The position numbers and the translations under genes are program-made. DNA of 54,111 bases from Hydrurus foetidus (taxonomy: Eukaryota): the NCBI GenBank assembly GCA_900617105.1, contig UYFQ01000289.1:1-54111 (forward strand), given 5' to 3'. Under the pieces are notes generated by a model that made no database searches, was not told the DNA's origin, and saw only the letters and a list, made by a program, of their open reading frames with translations. Below are positions 25,878 to 43,872 of the stretch, in pieces (the first letter of the stretch is position 1; every line of letters begins with the position of its first letter).

Positions 25878-26946
25878 TCACCACTCCGGAGAATCTTCTT
25901 CGTCGAGACTGTCACAGCACTGCGTGCTGTATGGAGAGTCATCTTCACTATTCAGGTCCAGGTCCAGGTCCATGGCGTTGTCCTCCTCTCGCTCTTCATC
26001 GTCTTCTCCGTCCATCTCGGAAAAATCCAAGTTCGTGTCGATGTCTCTCCGAAATTTACTATCGATTAATAGCGATGTAAATTATAATGGAATCGCAATG
26101 TTTACTTTCATTCGAAATAAGATGCAGGAGCTCGGAACCCAAATCTCCAAATCAAAATCGTTCGGCTCACCTTTTCGCAACGCACGTGAAGTAAATAAGC
26201 TGCTTCAGATCATGATTGAAGAGGAAATAATTGAAGGACCAGAAGGTCCCATCGCTGAAGGGGTCTTCTGTTTTATCCGGGACCAGAGAAAAGGCCTCGC
26301 AGTTCCTAAGATTTATAACGTCATCAATACTGCCCCAAAGAGATTCCAAGAAATCAGGCCTCTCCTCCGTCAGCTCAGCTAAGTGCCCATTGATGCTCTG
26401 TATGACTTGCTTTACATCTTTGATTAGGAACTGCTCAGGCTTGGTGGTGTCAAAGTTGTAGTCCGGGAAAAAGTCATCGAGGGTTGATATCAAGTCGATT
26501 AACAACTTCCGGCTAGATGGTTCAGACAGATCCCCTAAAGATGTAGCTCGTCCACGCGCAGGCTTTTTATGAACAAAGTTACAGTCTGTACTACTATTAC
26601 TTCGACCTCGCTGTGGACAATGAGGTGGCATCCCTGATTCCAGAAAAGCATGGATTCTCTTCCCGGTTTTAGTCCCATCGATTTTTGAGATAGCGGGTAA
26701 TTTTCTCTTTGGAAACACTCTGCATTTCGCAGGCACACTGTTTTTTGACGCAGATTTTATCGGTTGAATAGCGCTACTGAGAAGATCTGGTTCAGACTTG
26801 ACCGTTACATCTTCAACTAAGTTGACGACGTGATTCTTCAGAAGACAAAAAGCCTCCAACTTCCCATTTAAGACACATAGCCCTAGTTGCTTGTCTGTCA
26901 AATAATTTGTTAACTCGAAAAGGTCGTAGTTCTCAATGTATCTCAT
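25878..26946 (-). CDS. MAF1: Maf1, repressor of RNA polymerase III; exons 26946-26171 and 26058-25878
   Basis: MRYIE..GKLEAF; LISTLDDFFPDYNF; LWGSIDDVINLRNCEAFS..DPF..FWSFNYFLFN; spliced second exon gives the typical acidic tail. Confidence 0.9.
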
Positions 26947-27550
26947 GTTTCTCTACCGACTCATACCAGAATTACCCATCGGAAGTAGTGTAGACGAAGG
27001 GCTATGACTCCCTTTCATATTGCTGCTGATCATTCCCAGAAAAGGCAAAAGTTACTAGGTCAACGCTGCCTTAGAAGTCTGTCGAATATCAACATTCACC
27101 CTCTACCTCTACTGCATCTCGTAGGCTTGAAACGTCCGTTTCCCAAGACGCCAAACTTCGAATCCAACAATCCAACTGTAATTGTGACGTTTTTTTGTTT
27201 AATTTAGTTTACGGTGTACACTGCATCCACGGTAAGATTCGATGACGACAGTCTACACTCTATACAGTCTACTGTCTACAATACTCGAAAACCTTTCAGT
27301 GGAGTGCTCATGATTCTGAGCGCATACTATCTACACGGGTTACAGAAATTGATTTTGATAGGACGCTTAGTTCAAAGTTGCACTTTTTAATAGTTCAGAT
27401 GCGGTTTGAGCGTCCCTCTCTCGTGGCTCTGTAGAGGTTAATTTAAACCCCTTCTCAATATCTTACATTCCCTCAGAATATAAATCTTCTGCTGATTGCG
27501 CCATGAGTAAGCCAATCAACTAGTCAGGAGCATTGTAATCATTTTGCCGC

Positions 27551-28849
27551 TCACTTTTTCTCGCCCCATCTGTAGCCCAGTACTTCCAAAGTTACGGCCA
27601 TCACGGTCCACATTCTGTTCTCAGCCTCGGGGAATACCAAAGATTTCTCCGAGTAGAAAACCTCATCAGACACTTCTTCTTGTTTTCTGGGTAGGCAGTG
27701 GAGAAACACGCAATCCTTTGAGGCCATCGACATCAAAGTGGAGTTCACCTGCAGTGCAGTCAATTATTGAAATAGTCAGATATTCTATGTCAAGGTCATT
27801 AGCGGCTGCTTACGAAAGTGATTACCTGGTAGCCAGCAAAGTCAATTTTTCTTTTCTTTGCCTCTTCCTCTTGTCCCATGGAGATCCAAGTATCGGTGAC
27901 TACAACATTGGCTCCAGCTACTGCCACCTTCGGGTCACTGGTAAACACCAGCTTGACACCTTCCTGTGCAGCGAGAGACTTAGCCATTGCGATTATTCTC
28001 GCATCAGCTGAATATCCTGCTGGCGTAGCTACGTGGACATTCATGCCCATTTTAATGGAACCAATCATCAAATCGTGGAGGACGTTATTGCCATCTCCAA
28101 CCCACGCAACTGTTTTGCCCTTCAGATCTCCGAAGTGCTCTTTAAGAGTCATCAAATCTGCTAGAGTCTGCAGTGGATGGTGCATATCGGATAATGCATT
28201 GATCACTGCGAAGATGCGGAAAATCATTACTGTGAGATCATTTCGAACAACATATAGCGCAGAAAATCGTTTGGCAAAATCAATCAATTCTACACGTGTT
28301 ATGATAGTACTAACCAGGGACTGTTCCATGTTCAGCCAATTCCACAACATCAGCGTGCCCGAATACCCTTGCTAAGATTACATTGTTGAAACGTGACAGC
28401 ACCTTCGCTGAAGACCCCAGAAGAGTTATGGAGAGTATATTACGGATTTGAAAGATGATGATGCCTTCGAGTCATATAGATTGGGGCTAAAGGTCACCTG
28501 TGTCTTTCATTGACTCATTTACACCGAGCTGCACATCCTGGGGACCCAACATTAATCCGTGTCCTCCCAGTAAAAACATCCCTGTTTCAGTCGAAACGCG
28601 TGTCCTCGTCGACCTCTTTTGGAATATCATACTCATTGACTGACCTCTGAGAGGCAGCATTGCTCTCGCGTTAGGCGCATCGTTGGCAAAAGAGTTTTTG
28701 ATGTCGATAGAGTGGTCGATGAGTCCACTGAGCTCGCTATTGGACAACTGATCTATACACATGAAGTTCTTTCCTGCAAGCGACGTTGACATCATCCGAC
28801 TTGCATTTCGGCCAGTTACAACGACAAATTTCTTCATATTCGTTGACAT
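27551..28849 (-). CDS. OTC: Ornithine carbamoyltransferase (probably mitochondrial), 3 introns
   Basis: [46 protein letters not shown] motifs; basic N-terminal extension. Confidence 0.96.
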
Positions 28850-29258
28850 TTCCTGCAGGAAGCGCGAAATTCACAGATTACTACCTCTTTGTGTAGAGTA
28901 AGTGCAAAGTAGATGATGACTTTATAGTTAGAGTATCGCAGATCGCAGTGTAAGATTCGAGATGATGACTGCATGCACTTCACGCATGTCATGGACTCTG
29001 GATCGCACATCGCACATACGTCGCGGTGGGCGGTCAGCGGCAAAAACAACGACAAAAATAATTCAAAAAAACATTTGAAAAGTTCTGAGTTGGAGTTCGA
29101 GCTTCATTGCAAGCGACGGTGTCGCTGATCTGATGATTACAGGCTCGAAAAATCCGTAGATGCTTCTTTCAAAGCTTGTGTTCCCAAGAACCTGAAAGAT
29201 ATCGGCCAACGCCCACTTTGCAGCAGGGGCATCATCTGCTGTAACTCTTAAATTGTAA

Positions 29259-33735
<4,477 letters not shown>

Positions 33736-34177
33736 GAGACCCAGAGACCCTACTGAAGATGATCCGCAAAATGAAGAGGAAGAGGACGAAGACGAAGATG
33801 GAGAGAAGAAGATGACGATGATGCTAATGGAGGGCCTGATGACGTCTCTCTGAACGATCTCCAAGATGTCAATGACGGAGGAGAGCTGTCCCAGAGCAAG
33901 GGGCAGGTGAAGAAGAAGATAGGTGTCGGGGCCAGGGATAAAGGCAGAGGAAGGGGTAAAGGAGCATCGAGCACTAGTGTAGGTGTGGGCAGTGGTAGAG
34001 TGAAGAGAGGCAGCAGCATGAATGACGATGAGGAGGACGACGAAGATGAGGAGGAGGAGGAAGGGAGTGTGGATGTGGATGCAGATGCAGATGCTGACAT
34101 ATTCGGAGATCCTCCTCTCCTGCCCACCAGACCTTCAAGGGCCATCAAATCCAAAGGGTACGTACATACGAACACGC

Positions 34178-34240
34178 TATCGTATCGTATCGCATCGTAT
34201 CGTATCGTATCGTATCGTATCGTATCGTATCGTATCGTAT
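34178..34240. repeat. (TATCG)n microsatellite, probably intronic
   Basis: Directly visible; lies between a GTACGT donor-like and a CTGCAG acceptor-like site. Confidence 0.9.
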
Positions 34241-34981
34241 TTAATCTGCTGCAGGAACCGGTACACTTTATCTCATTGCGACACTAACGTAGTATCTGAT
34301 GTACCCTTTCGCATATTTCGCAACTCTTGGGTCTTAGGTCTCGCAGACCTGTGGGGCGGAGGAGTGGCGACTAATAACTCCAAGTGCGTCAAGAGACCGA
34401 TTCTCCGCAGAGACCAGCAAAGTCAGGGACAAAGGAAGAACCCCCTCCCTCATCCTGTCGATGCAAGCACTGTTGTTACAAGCGCTGTTGCAGTCATTGT
34501 ACTGCACGGCTACTGACCCTCTTGTTGGAATATTTACCGGGGAAAAAATGATTTCATGGGAGATAATACGTAGTGTTTCACATGTGTGCATACTGTTCAA
34601 TTATTCATGTTACAGCTACTTGTCACTCCACCCTCTGTGTTCTATGTTGGATGATGATCTATTTGTCAGTGAAATTTTCTGTCATAGCAGTGACAACCCG
34701 TACTGTACTGTACTGTACTGTACTGTATACTGTACTGTAACGGCCCAATTAGTTCCAAACGATATAAATCGGCTAAATTTACTTGATATTGCTAATCAAA
34801 TCATAAAATCAGACTTGCAGCAGCCATCGATATTACTGTGCGGCAGACGCTTGTTGCCAGAGCAGCCTAAGGGGTGAAGTGACTCGAACGATGTTACGCC
34901 CAGCACCCACATAAATATATACTATACTATAACAGACAATATAATCGCTGCAATGGATCAGCGACTCGAAGTATTCCCAAC

Positions 34982-37132
34982 TCACGAGAGAGTTCTGGGC
35001 TTGCCAGGGGTAGTGCGGAAGCAGGAATGAGAGGAAGAGGAGACACCGCGTACGGAATAGAAGGGCTCTTGGTCCTGATCATCCTCCTCTTCGTCCTCAC
35101 TCTCACTATCACTCTCACTCCTTTGACAGTCGCTAATGTCCTCATCTTCTTCCATACTCTCCTCAAGGCACTTGCTCTCTCGATGCCCTATTGCATCACT
35201 CCACTCCCCTCCTCTTTCTTCTCCCTCTCCCTCATCCCACTCCTCTCTGTCCCCTTCCTCCTCCTCCACACTGGTGCCCCCTGACACTCTTTGAGGAGAC
35301 CCAGATATCTTGGAGGGATTGCTGAGGCGTGTTCCTCTGTGAGGAGTCAGACAGGGCAGGAACCGTCTCGTTGGCACTTCTTTCCCTTGACATCTCATTT
35401 CATGCCTCAGATTGCCTATCTCCTGGCGTAGGAAGAAAACGGTATCCCGATCTGCTTTTCTTCCAGACTCCGAGGCGACATTCCTCGCAGTAAGGATTTC
35501 AATCTCCTGTCTCAACTCAGCCACTTGAGGATTGACAGTTGCATAGTCCTGATTACCTTGTGCGTACCTTTCATCCCTATTCCCAATGGTAGGGAAGAAC
35601 TGCTCCAATTTAGTCGAGAGAGAGGTGGCGTGTTCTGACGACATCCGATGCTCCTCATTTTCATCAGCTAGGAGATCTGAGAAGACCGACAATCCGCTAT
35701 TGGATGCACTGTAGATATTGGCTGACGTTTCTTGCCTCAAAGTACTCTCGGTGTTTGTTGTATGAGCTGCATCATGTTGAGATTCATTACAAGCATCTGC
35801 ATGTGCGTTGGCTCTGCAGTTGAGATGGCTTGAGCACCTCCCATGTCTTTGTTCTTGTCCATATGTGGTCCTCACATCCGCACTGCCGCCATAACTGTGG
35901 CATAGTGCTCGTGATGGTGCACCACCAGTATTGCACTGTGCCCTTAACTGGGATGAATCATTCCCACATGACACGTCCCGGTTGATCAGTACCCCCTCAA
36001 GATCGAGACACTCGTGCGCCAGAGAGTCAATCTCAGCACGCAGAATGCTCCGCTCAGTGTACAGCTCAAATATGACGGACTTGTCGATGTCAGTCTGGAC
36101 CCTCTCCAAGTCAGCTGCACTGTTCAATAGGGTGTTGTGATCGTTCACTAGCTTCTCAGTTCTGATCGCTTCCTCTACGATCTGTCTCTCAAGAACTCCT
36201 CTGCATAAATCAGCAGAGACCAATAGGGCTGATAGATGAATGTTCTTCACTCTCTCCGCTTCATATTTAGTGAAGAGCTCTGTCAATGACTTAGTCTCAT
36301 ACGTGCATGTGGCACATTCATGCATAGGTGCTTCTAAACAAAGTGCATCACACGTCACACGGTTTCTCTCTGCAATGTCCCGAACAACTTCGCTTGGAGT
36401 CATCATCTCAAGCTCCTTACGCATCATGAAATCATCCTCTGATCGTCTAGAAGTTGTCTCCGCATCCCCTGCGTGCAGTTCATCTGGGGAAATACCCCAA
36501 ACATCGTCTGCAAGAGTCTGACCTTCTACAGTCAGAGATGGGACATCACATTCGGTATCGCTAGAACTCGACCGAAACTCGTCATACCCCACTGAGTTGA
36601 GCAATTCTGAGTCATCTATTGAGTCCCTGGTCTCAGCAAGATCTTCATCGACATGCTTTCCTTGAGATGTTGGTGTGTGGCGGCCAAGGTCGGAGATGCA
36701 CTCCTCGAAAGTTCGATTATCAAGTGCAAGACGATAATGGTCGTTCAATGATTCATCATGGCAGTTTTCGCTTCTCTGTAGCCCCTTCATGTGCATTGCA
36801 CATGCTGCTTTGCATATTTCTACGAGCTGTTGCCTGTCTGCACGGATTTGAGCTGCCAGGTCAGCTGTTTGGTAGTCTGAAGACTCGGCTGTCATGAACA
36901 GGTCATCTTTTTTCAACAGTCCCATCGCCAATTGGAAAATTCTCAAGGCAGTATCACGCAACTTAAGCTGACCTAAAATGTCATTTGATTTGAGTCTTGA
37001 AACCTCAATCCTCGTGTCGAAGATTTGTTTGCCGAATATGAAAAGGATGAAGCTAAGAACCAACAAACTGAAAGCCGTTGGATGCAAAAAAAACACCGCA
37101 ACATTGAGAAAATCCTCAGTGCGCTTTAACAT
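34982..37132 (-). CDS. Uncharacterised protein, N-terminal hydrophobic/TM segment, coiled-coil regions, acidic C-terminus
   Basis: 716-aa uninterrupted ORF; FSLLVLSFILFIF hydrophobic stretch; no recognised domain. Confidence 0.65.
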   Translation of the reverse strand: MLKRTEDFLNVAVFFLHPTAFSLLVLSFILFIFGKQIFDTRIEVSRLKSNDILGQLKLRDTALRIFQLAMGLLKKDDLFMTAESSDYQTADLAAQIRADRQQLVEICKAACAMHMKGLQRSENCHDESLNDHYRLALDNRTFEECISDLGRHTPTSQGKHVDEDLAETRDSIDDSELLNSVGYDEFRSSSSDTECDVPSLTVEGQTLADDVWGISPDELHAGDAETTSRRSEDDFMMRKELEMMTPSEVVRDIAERNRVTCDALCLEAPMHECATCTYETKSLTELFTKYEAERVKNIHLSALLVSADLCRGVLERQIVEEAIRTEKLVNDHNTLLNSAADLERVQTDIDKSVIFELYTERSILRAEIDSLAHECLDLEGVLINRDVSCGNDSSQLRAQCNTGGAPSRALCHSYGGSADVRTTYGQEQRHGRCSSHLNCRANAHADACNESQHDAAHTTNTESTLRQETSANIYSASNSGLSVFSDLLADENEEHRMSSEHATSLSTKLEQFFPTIGNRDERYAQGNQDYATVNPQVAELRQEIEILTARNVASESGRKADRDTVFFLRQEIGNLRHEMRCQGKEVPTRRFLPCLTPHRGTRLSNPSKISGSPQRVSGGTSVEEEEGDREEWDEGEGEERGGEWSDAIGHRESKCLEESMEEDEDISDCQRSESDSESEDEEEDDQDQEPFYSVRGVSSSSHSCFRTTPGKPRTLS

Positions 37133-37575
37133 TGCTTTGTTGACCGCTCTGTTACAAAAATTGGTTTAGTGTTGCATTCTTCGTAGGCCTTCTTTGTAGA
37201 GCACGCAATCGATCAGCAATAATGCTCCCTCAGGATTCAGCTGGACGTTGTTGAATAGGTTGAAAACCTGTCAGGATCAATTGAAGTGCCCGACTCCAAA
37301 TGGCCCATGTCGCAGCTACTGAGGAAATGTCGCATTCAATCTACGATGCGATACTGTAGACCGAGAGAGAAGATGGGATGATGCGATGAAGACTGAATCA
37401 TTCCTGACACATTCGTTTCAGGAGGATGCTGAACGCGGGTGCGTGCGTACTGAATTCAAAATATTCAAAATTCAAAAAGATTTTTGAAAATGTGCTTCCG
37501 GCTTTCATCTCTCGATGATCCCAGGGATCGATCGGATTGATCGATCGCCGCACTGGCCTCTGATGACAGAAGTAA

Positions 37576-39510
37576 TTGGAACCTGAAGCTCTTACTCTGC
37601 TACCGGTCAGGCCTCCGCGTCCCAGATCATCGAATAATGTGACTGGTATGGAAGACTATCGTTTCTGTTCCTTTGCTGAAGTTTTGGAGAGGCAAAGGGT
37701 ATGCGATATTCACATACTTGAGGCAACATTTGAGACAGCAGATTCGAAGATACCGCCATCGGCTCGAATTCTAGATAAAGCACGGGCTGTTAAGAAATTC
37801 ACTCGATCGGGCTCCAGTGATTTGCACAAATCATATGAACCTCGAAATCTAACCCAGCTGGTGGCGACAGCGCATTATTTGATCGTAGATGTATGGTGGA
37901 ATCTGGCAAGAAATTCAAATTGCGTTAGGCTTCAACATACTTCATGCAATCGGGGCGGCCACAACTTTGGGTCAGCGTACTCTTTCGTCATGGACCGGCT
38001 ACAGGCAATTCGACAAGATGTTGTCTCGCAGTCCACTTTTGAAAAGAACTCTGTTGCAACTATTGGATTGCTGAAATCGATGGTCCACTTTTATGTTGAA
38101 TCAATGCACTGCATTACGTCGACAGCAAATTTGCACCACGATCAGCAATTTAACACACGGGATGCTCGTCTTCGAACTGGACAGAACGTTTGCGCGACTC
38201 CTCTCATCAGCTCGTGGTTTGACCTCCATTCACACGAGAACGCACTCTCATCGTGCATTACAACAGCTCTCAATTTATGCAGTCAACTTCCCATTGAACT
38301 GCACGCTTCGCATTTAGAAACCTGCGATGAGCTATCAGCTAACTTAATGCTGCTTTCGACAGCATCGCAACTGAGAGACTTGTTCTATGAGATGTACGTT
38401 AATAATGTCGGCTCCTGCGCTGCCAATCAGAAAACAGCCACTGTGGCATCAGCAGTCAAGAGCACCTTGATGCATAAAACAATTTTCGGAGCAAACACAG
38501 TAAATGTTTTTCTCGAACTCCTCAGTCTGAACGCATTATCATCTCATGCAAAGGAGCAAAAAAGTATTGAGGATGAAACAAACCGATCGCAATTACCAGC
38601 ATCAATGGTTGCTCTCAACTGTTTGACTAGCATCCGGCAGGGTAACTCTGCGGGTGCTGTCAGATCTTTTTTCCCTGTAGCAATTTCATGTATTGGAAAG
38701 AGTAGCAGTGGATATGTGAGCAGTCGGAGACGGGACTTGTCTTTGAGCACGAAACTGATGCTAGCTGCTATGCTGCATCACATGCTACCCGAGCTGCGCT
38801 TACTTCGATGTCTACATTGTGATCTATCAGCTCCAAAGAACGACCTTCTTGATATGGTGAGACGTTTAGCAGAGCAGCACTTGCACTGCATCTAGCTCAG
38901 TCTCATGGCGTAGCAATATGTAATACAAAACTGCTCGTGTCTCCTTTTTTATCCCTCTTTTCCGCACTAACATTTACTCTTCACATCTCTTCTTCCACCA
39001 TGCTCATTTTAGAAATCTCTGTCGCGGAAGCTGTGGCTAAGAGAACATTCTTTGTCCCCTGTGGGTGCCAAGAGGCAGGCTGCTGTGACGATTGAGTCTA
39101 CACGGCTGTTGGGAATGCCCCTCACATCCACAGACACTTCACAAGGAGTCCACAACAGCGTGGATACGGATATCAATAGTGGCACTGTCACTCTGAAGGC
39201 TACTCCAGTGTTAAGAGTACTTAGTGATGGCCCTGAAGGTCTTATAAAGCAGCAGAGAGACCTGGACGCCCTCTTTGACTCTAGGAGAATTTTGATGGAC
39301 TGCTATGCGACATACAGTGCAGGCTCCGATGTGAGATGTGAGGAGGACGCACAAGATAGCTGGGATGACAATGACTTAGAGGACAGTGAGGTACTGAGTG
39401 GAGATTTACATGGAACAGATGCGCCTATGAGTGGTGGAGATGTTGTGGGTGCGTTGAATGAGATGCTGCTGATGGCGACATGCGACAATTGGTACCGCCC
39501 AGACACATGA
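37576..39510 (+). CDS. SAC3/GANP/THP3-family protein; intron 38857-39012; start codon uncertain
   Basis: FCSFAEVLERQ..IHILE, AVKKFTRS, YSFVMDRLQAIRQD match the SAC3/GANP pattern; phase-0 GT-AG intron joins the two ORFs. Confidence 0.75.
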
Positions 39511-41098
39511 CGCATAACATATGACCATTGCACACACAAAAATGCAATATCTGAAGTCAGCAATATCTTGTCCTGCCCTGTCCTGCACGACACAAAGTTT
39601 TAGTGTGGCATTCTATCAGGACGCGGACCTAATCTCCTTCATTTCCGCTCTCCTGGATGACGTGTAGTGTGTAGTGTATGGGCGCACATCGAGCTGGGAC
39701 TGTGCAACCACATTCCATCATGGTCCCTTGAGGGATGAGAGCCACTTCCGTGTAAGTAATTACCACTCATCACATTGGAGGGATACTCGACATTATGGGT
39801 TGTCCTGGATGGGCCTTACAGATTGGGAGGCTAAAAAAAATTTGCTGATGTACCGTACCAGACCTTTTTCAATTGCTGTGCTTTCTGAATATATGAGATG
39901 CGACATGAGTTATTCCTGCAAACCTGCTGCATTGACATTGGCAAAGTTGATGGAAACACACTGAATACTGTATTGCTTACAGATTACAATGTATCGTACC
40001 ATTTGACGGTCAATCAACCGATAGTGCATCCCCCTCCATCTGATATCAACTGCATGTTGCAGTGTGAGTTCGATTGCATCAAAGACGCCATCAGCGTGTG
40101 AATCCATTTCAATCAAGGACGTCCAGAATTTATTTCTCAGCGATGGTGCAGTCGATGACAGCAATTTGTTGGACACCACGCTATGGACACTGATCACAGA
40201 CACCATTGCTTTCCATGCCACGCAAGTAACATCGATCAGTGCGGTACATTATTCCCGGATTCAACATTATCCTGGCTGCAGTAAGAGAGACATTGCGGCC
40301 TGTCTAGACTTCAGACACCCCACACAATTAGACACCGGTTGATTTTACAGTTCTTTGGACTTATCTACCGAATTGAACAAATGCCAGTTAAACTGTTAGA
40401 AGTTCCCTCAGCAACGATGGAGTATCAAGTTGTAGTGTAGATATATCATATCATAATCGTACTGTCCAATCGCCCGCGCAAAAAAATACAGCGATTTCAG
40501 TAAAATACAGGAAAAGGTCAGCAAATCTGTATGCGTACTAATCCCTCCCCGCATCCATATGCGGTGTACACTAGTTCGCAATTGAAAACAGATGGATCCC
40601 AATCGAGAGAGAGAGTAGAATCCTGCCATTCTGCCTTTTTTTTATTTATAATACTACGGGCTGATGACGTCTAAACCGGCCAAGTAAATTCAGTCCCTCT
40701 GAACATATCTTCGACCCAGCGGTTTTTGACGTTCAATAGCTCAAAAAAACGGAAATAATATTCTGCGCTTACTGGCGTCGTTACATAAGGCTCAAAATTT
40801 GAAATTCAAAATTTTTACCCCAGAAACTGTTTGGAGGCAATTTAAGGATCGATATCTTGCTTGCAATTCGAATTTTGGACCTTATGTAACGACGCCACGC
40901 TGTAGGTATAATGAAAGCGATCATTTCGGTCTATTCACTTTCCATTGAATCGTTGCCAAAGATATGTCCTGTGGAGAGCAATTTTTCGAATTTTTCGTAC
41001 TCTGAATTTCCATATTGGTCAAAAATCGCGGAAAATATTTTTGAAACCGAAATCTGACTGTAAAAAAACCCGGATATGACGAAGGGTCGTGATTCGCG

Positions 41099-41526
41099 AT
41101 TCTCTTTCTCTACACGGTCTCAATCCTCTTGGTGGTAATGGCGTACGTACAGGTCGGAACGTATTCACTCCCGTCAGGTTTTTTCTCGATTTGTACATAC
41201 CGTACGTGCGCCATTTAAAATAATGTCCGTACTTACGTACGTGCTGCCTGGCATGCTCTCCGTAAGTACTTACGAACGTACTCAGATGCCTCGTCCGTAC
41301 ATCACTAAAGACGTCCGTGCACCCCTAGAAGCTGTCCGCGCAGGGTGGAACGTACGTAGTTACAGTTCAACATAGGACCATCTCGTTAATTAACTCTTAG
41401 TTACCCTAATTGGGGTGCACTCGTGTGCCCAGACGCCTCCTTCAAGACACAGACACCACCGGCTCGATCTTACTCAGCCAACCGGTGGGTCCGGATTCTT
41501 GTCAGGGTTAGCGATCACCTTCACCC
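41099..41526 (-). repeat. Repeat B2 of YR element
   Basis: Copy of 41997-42423; the only difference I found is the length of a T run. Confidence 0.95.
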
Positions 41527-41608
41527 ATCCGGGCACGCAAGTGGTCGGGTAAACAAAATTCAAGCAACAAAACAATTCAATATGATAGGCATGGCTGGCT
41601 ACGGGGTA

Positions 41609-41997
41609 AAAAACTGTTTAACTTGAAGATTCTGCGAAAGAAGCTGCTAAAACTGCGTAATATTCAATTTAAACCTACTATGCATGTGCACTGCAGTCTT
41701 GCAACCAGTGCTGCAAGAACTGAAAGATTTGCAAGAAATGAAGCATTGAAACGTGGACAAAACCGTATAGTGTTAGGTGTGTGTACACTGAAAACTGAAA
41801 ACGTGTTCTGTGTTGTATTCTACGTCTATTGCTGCGCTACACTTTGTCTTGTTACCGTTCTCCAAAAATTCCATAAGGAAGTCTAAGTCCAAGCAATTCG
41901 TACTTCGGACCTAAAGAGAACAACTTGCAACCGTTTTGAGCCGACTCCGATCCAGAGAACCCAATCCGCAAGTGCACAAGTTCCCGGCGTCATACAA
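41609..41997 (-). repeat. Repeat A2 of YR element
   Basis: Copy of 47671-48059 (offset 6062). Confidence 0.95.
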
Positions 41998-42423
41998 TTC
42001 TCTTTCTCTACACGGTCTCAATCCTCTTGGTGGTAATGGCGTACGTACAGGTCGGAACGTATTCACTCCCGTCAGGTTTTTCTCGATTTGTACATACCGT
42101 ACGTGCGCCATTTAAAATAATGTCCGTACTTACGTACGTGCTGCCTGGCATGCTCTCCGTAAGTACTTACGAACGTACTCAGATGCCTCGTCCGTACATC
42201 ACTAAAGACGTCCGTGCACCCCTAGAAGCTGTCCGCGCAGGGTGGAACGTACGTAGTTACAGTTCAACATAGGACCATCTCGTTAATTAACTCTTAGTTA
42301 CCCTAATTGGGGTGCACTCGTGTGCCCAGACGCCTCCTTCAAGACACAGACACCACCGGCTCGATCTTACTCAGCCAACCGGTGGGTCCGGATTCTTGTC
42401 AGGGTTAGCGATCACCTTCACCC
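41997..42423 (-). repeat. Repeat B1 of YR element
   Basis: Copy of 41099-41526; overlaps last codons of YR. Confidence 0.95.
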
Positions 42424-43602
42424 GTCAATCCAAGGTGAGCCCTTTCAGTGTTGCGTGACTGTGGTAGGAACCGCCTAATGTCGTGAACGTCAGGACGGGC
42501 ACCCCCGTTCAGTGCATTAGATGAAAGAGGGCCATGGCCAGCTGATGAGTAGTCATAGGTTTGTGCCATCACTCTTGATCCGGATGCGTATCCTCCTCTA
42601 TCTCTCATGTCTTCCTCTGACGCTCCAAGTGCCCTCATGTGCGTCGTGGCAGCCTTTCGTAATGAATGGCTCGAGAAATGCTCCGCTGGCAACCCTTCCA
42701 GTACGCACGTACGTTTTATCTCGTCCCTCACCATTCTTGCGTTGAGTAACTTTTTCGACCTGGTACCGCACTTCAACTCAGTATAGCGGGTAAAAAGTCT
42801 GTCTGACTCAGCCACCCCCGAATGAGTCACCCAGTTCACTAGGTCATCAAGAAATTGACTCTCTTCAGCGGTCCTCCTCCCTATCAGCTTCATCTTCATG
42901 ACTGAAGTCGTCTTCTGGGAGGCCGCCTTCACCCAGCATGCACACACCAACTCCGGTTTAGGTAGTATCTGCCCCCTTTCTTCCTTTCTCCAGAAACTAA
43001 CTCAAAGTCCAAGTCACTTGCTCTCACGCAGTGATCTTCGCCTCCTCTCTCCGGTGCAGTGTACTCGCTGACCCGAGCGTCCATATTGTAAGCCCACATT
43101 ACAGCCAGGTATACCATCCGTCGGTCTATACCAACCTGATCCCATACTGCAGTCACCCATAGGCGGTCTCTCATCCGGGCTAAAATACTTTCGCATAGGG
43201 GGAGTTTCACACTACCGCTGGGGCCCTCATTTCTTTTATCCCGTATCTCTGCAGTGCTAAGCCTGCATGCTGCCCGAGCAGCTGTGAGGACTGGGGAGTC
43301 CAGGAACCGACAGGGTAGCAGGGCCGTAGTGAAAGCGAGCTTCAAACCAGCCGTGACTGACGTGGCACCCTTACCACGTGCACCGCCGTTATACCGCGTG
43401 TGAAGATACAAAGCTACTATAGCAGCCTTATCCTCCTCACGCTGCCCTCTCAGATAGGGATCTTTGCCCGCTTCGATATTCTCTATGAACTCGCACCACC
43501 CTTGCCAGTGACCATCGTACGTCTTAGCAGTTCCCACTGTGACTGACTTCCTTAGGAAATCACCTAATTCGACCTTACCCTCTGTCGTGAGGCCTACGCA
43601 TC
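42405..43602 (-). CDS. Tyrosine recombinase of the YR retrotransposon (one 1-nt frameshift near 42958)
   Basis: TAKTYDGHWQGWCEF N-terminal domain; catalytic R (ARVSEY), HSLR, GGY, Y (AQTYDY). Confidence 0.9.
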
Positions 43603-43729
43603 CTATATTAGAACAGAGTACAACGGCGACAGACGGAATTAGTTATCGTCTAAGTCACCACAATGTGGTTACAAGGGCTCTGATGCGCCTGCATCGACTT
43701 AAGTGCCTCAGTACCCCTCGCCTCCCTTT

Positions 43730-43872
43730 TCACCCCATTCCATCGCGTTCCATCCCATCCCATCCCACCCCACCCCGTCCCACCCCATTCCATCCCCTGT
43801 ACTGTACTGTACTGTACTGTACTGCACTGTACTGTACTGCACTGCACTGCACTGCACTGCACTGCACTGCAC
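43730..43872. repeat. (CCATC)n, (TACTG)n, (CACTG)n microsatellites inside predicted intron 43603-43882
   Basis: Directly visible pentanucleotide repeats between RNase H and YR coding regions. Confidence 0.9.

Noticed and set aside
39600..40630. Short ORFs downstream of the SAC3-like gene
   Set aside because: No coherent gene model or homology recognisable by eye
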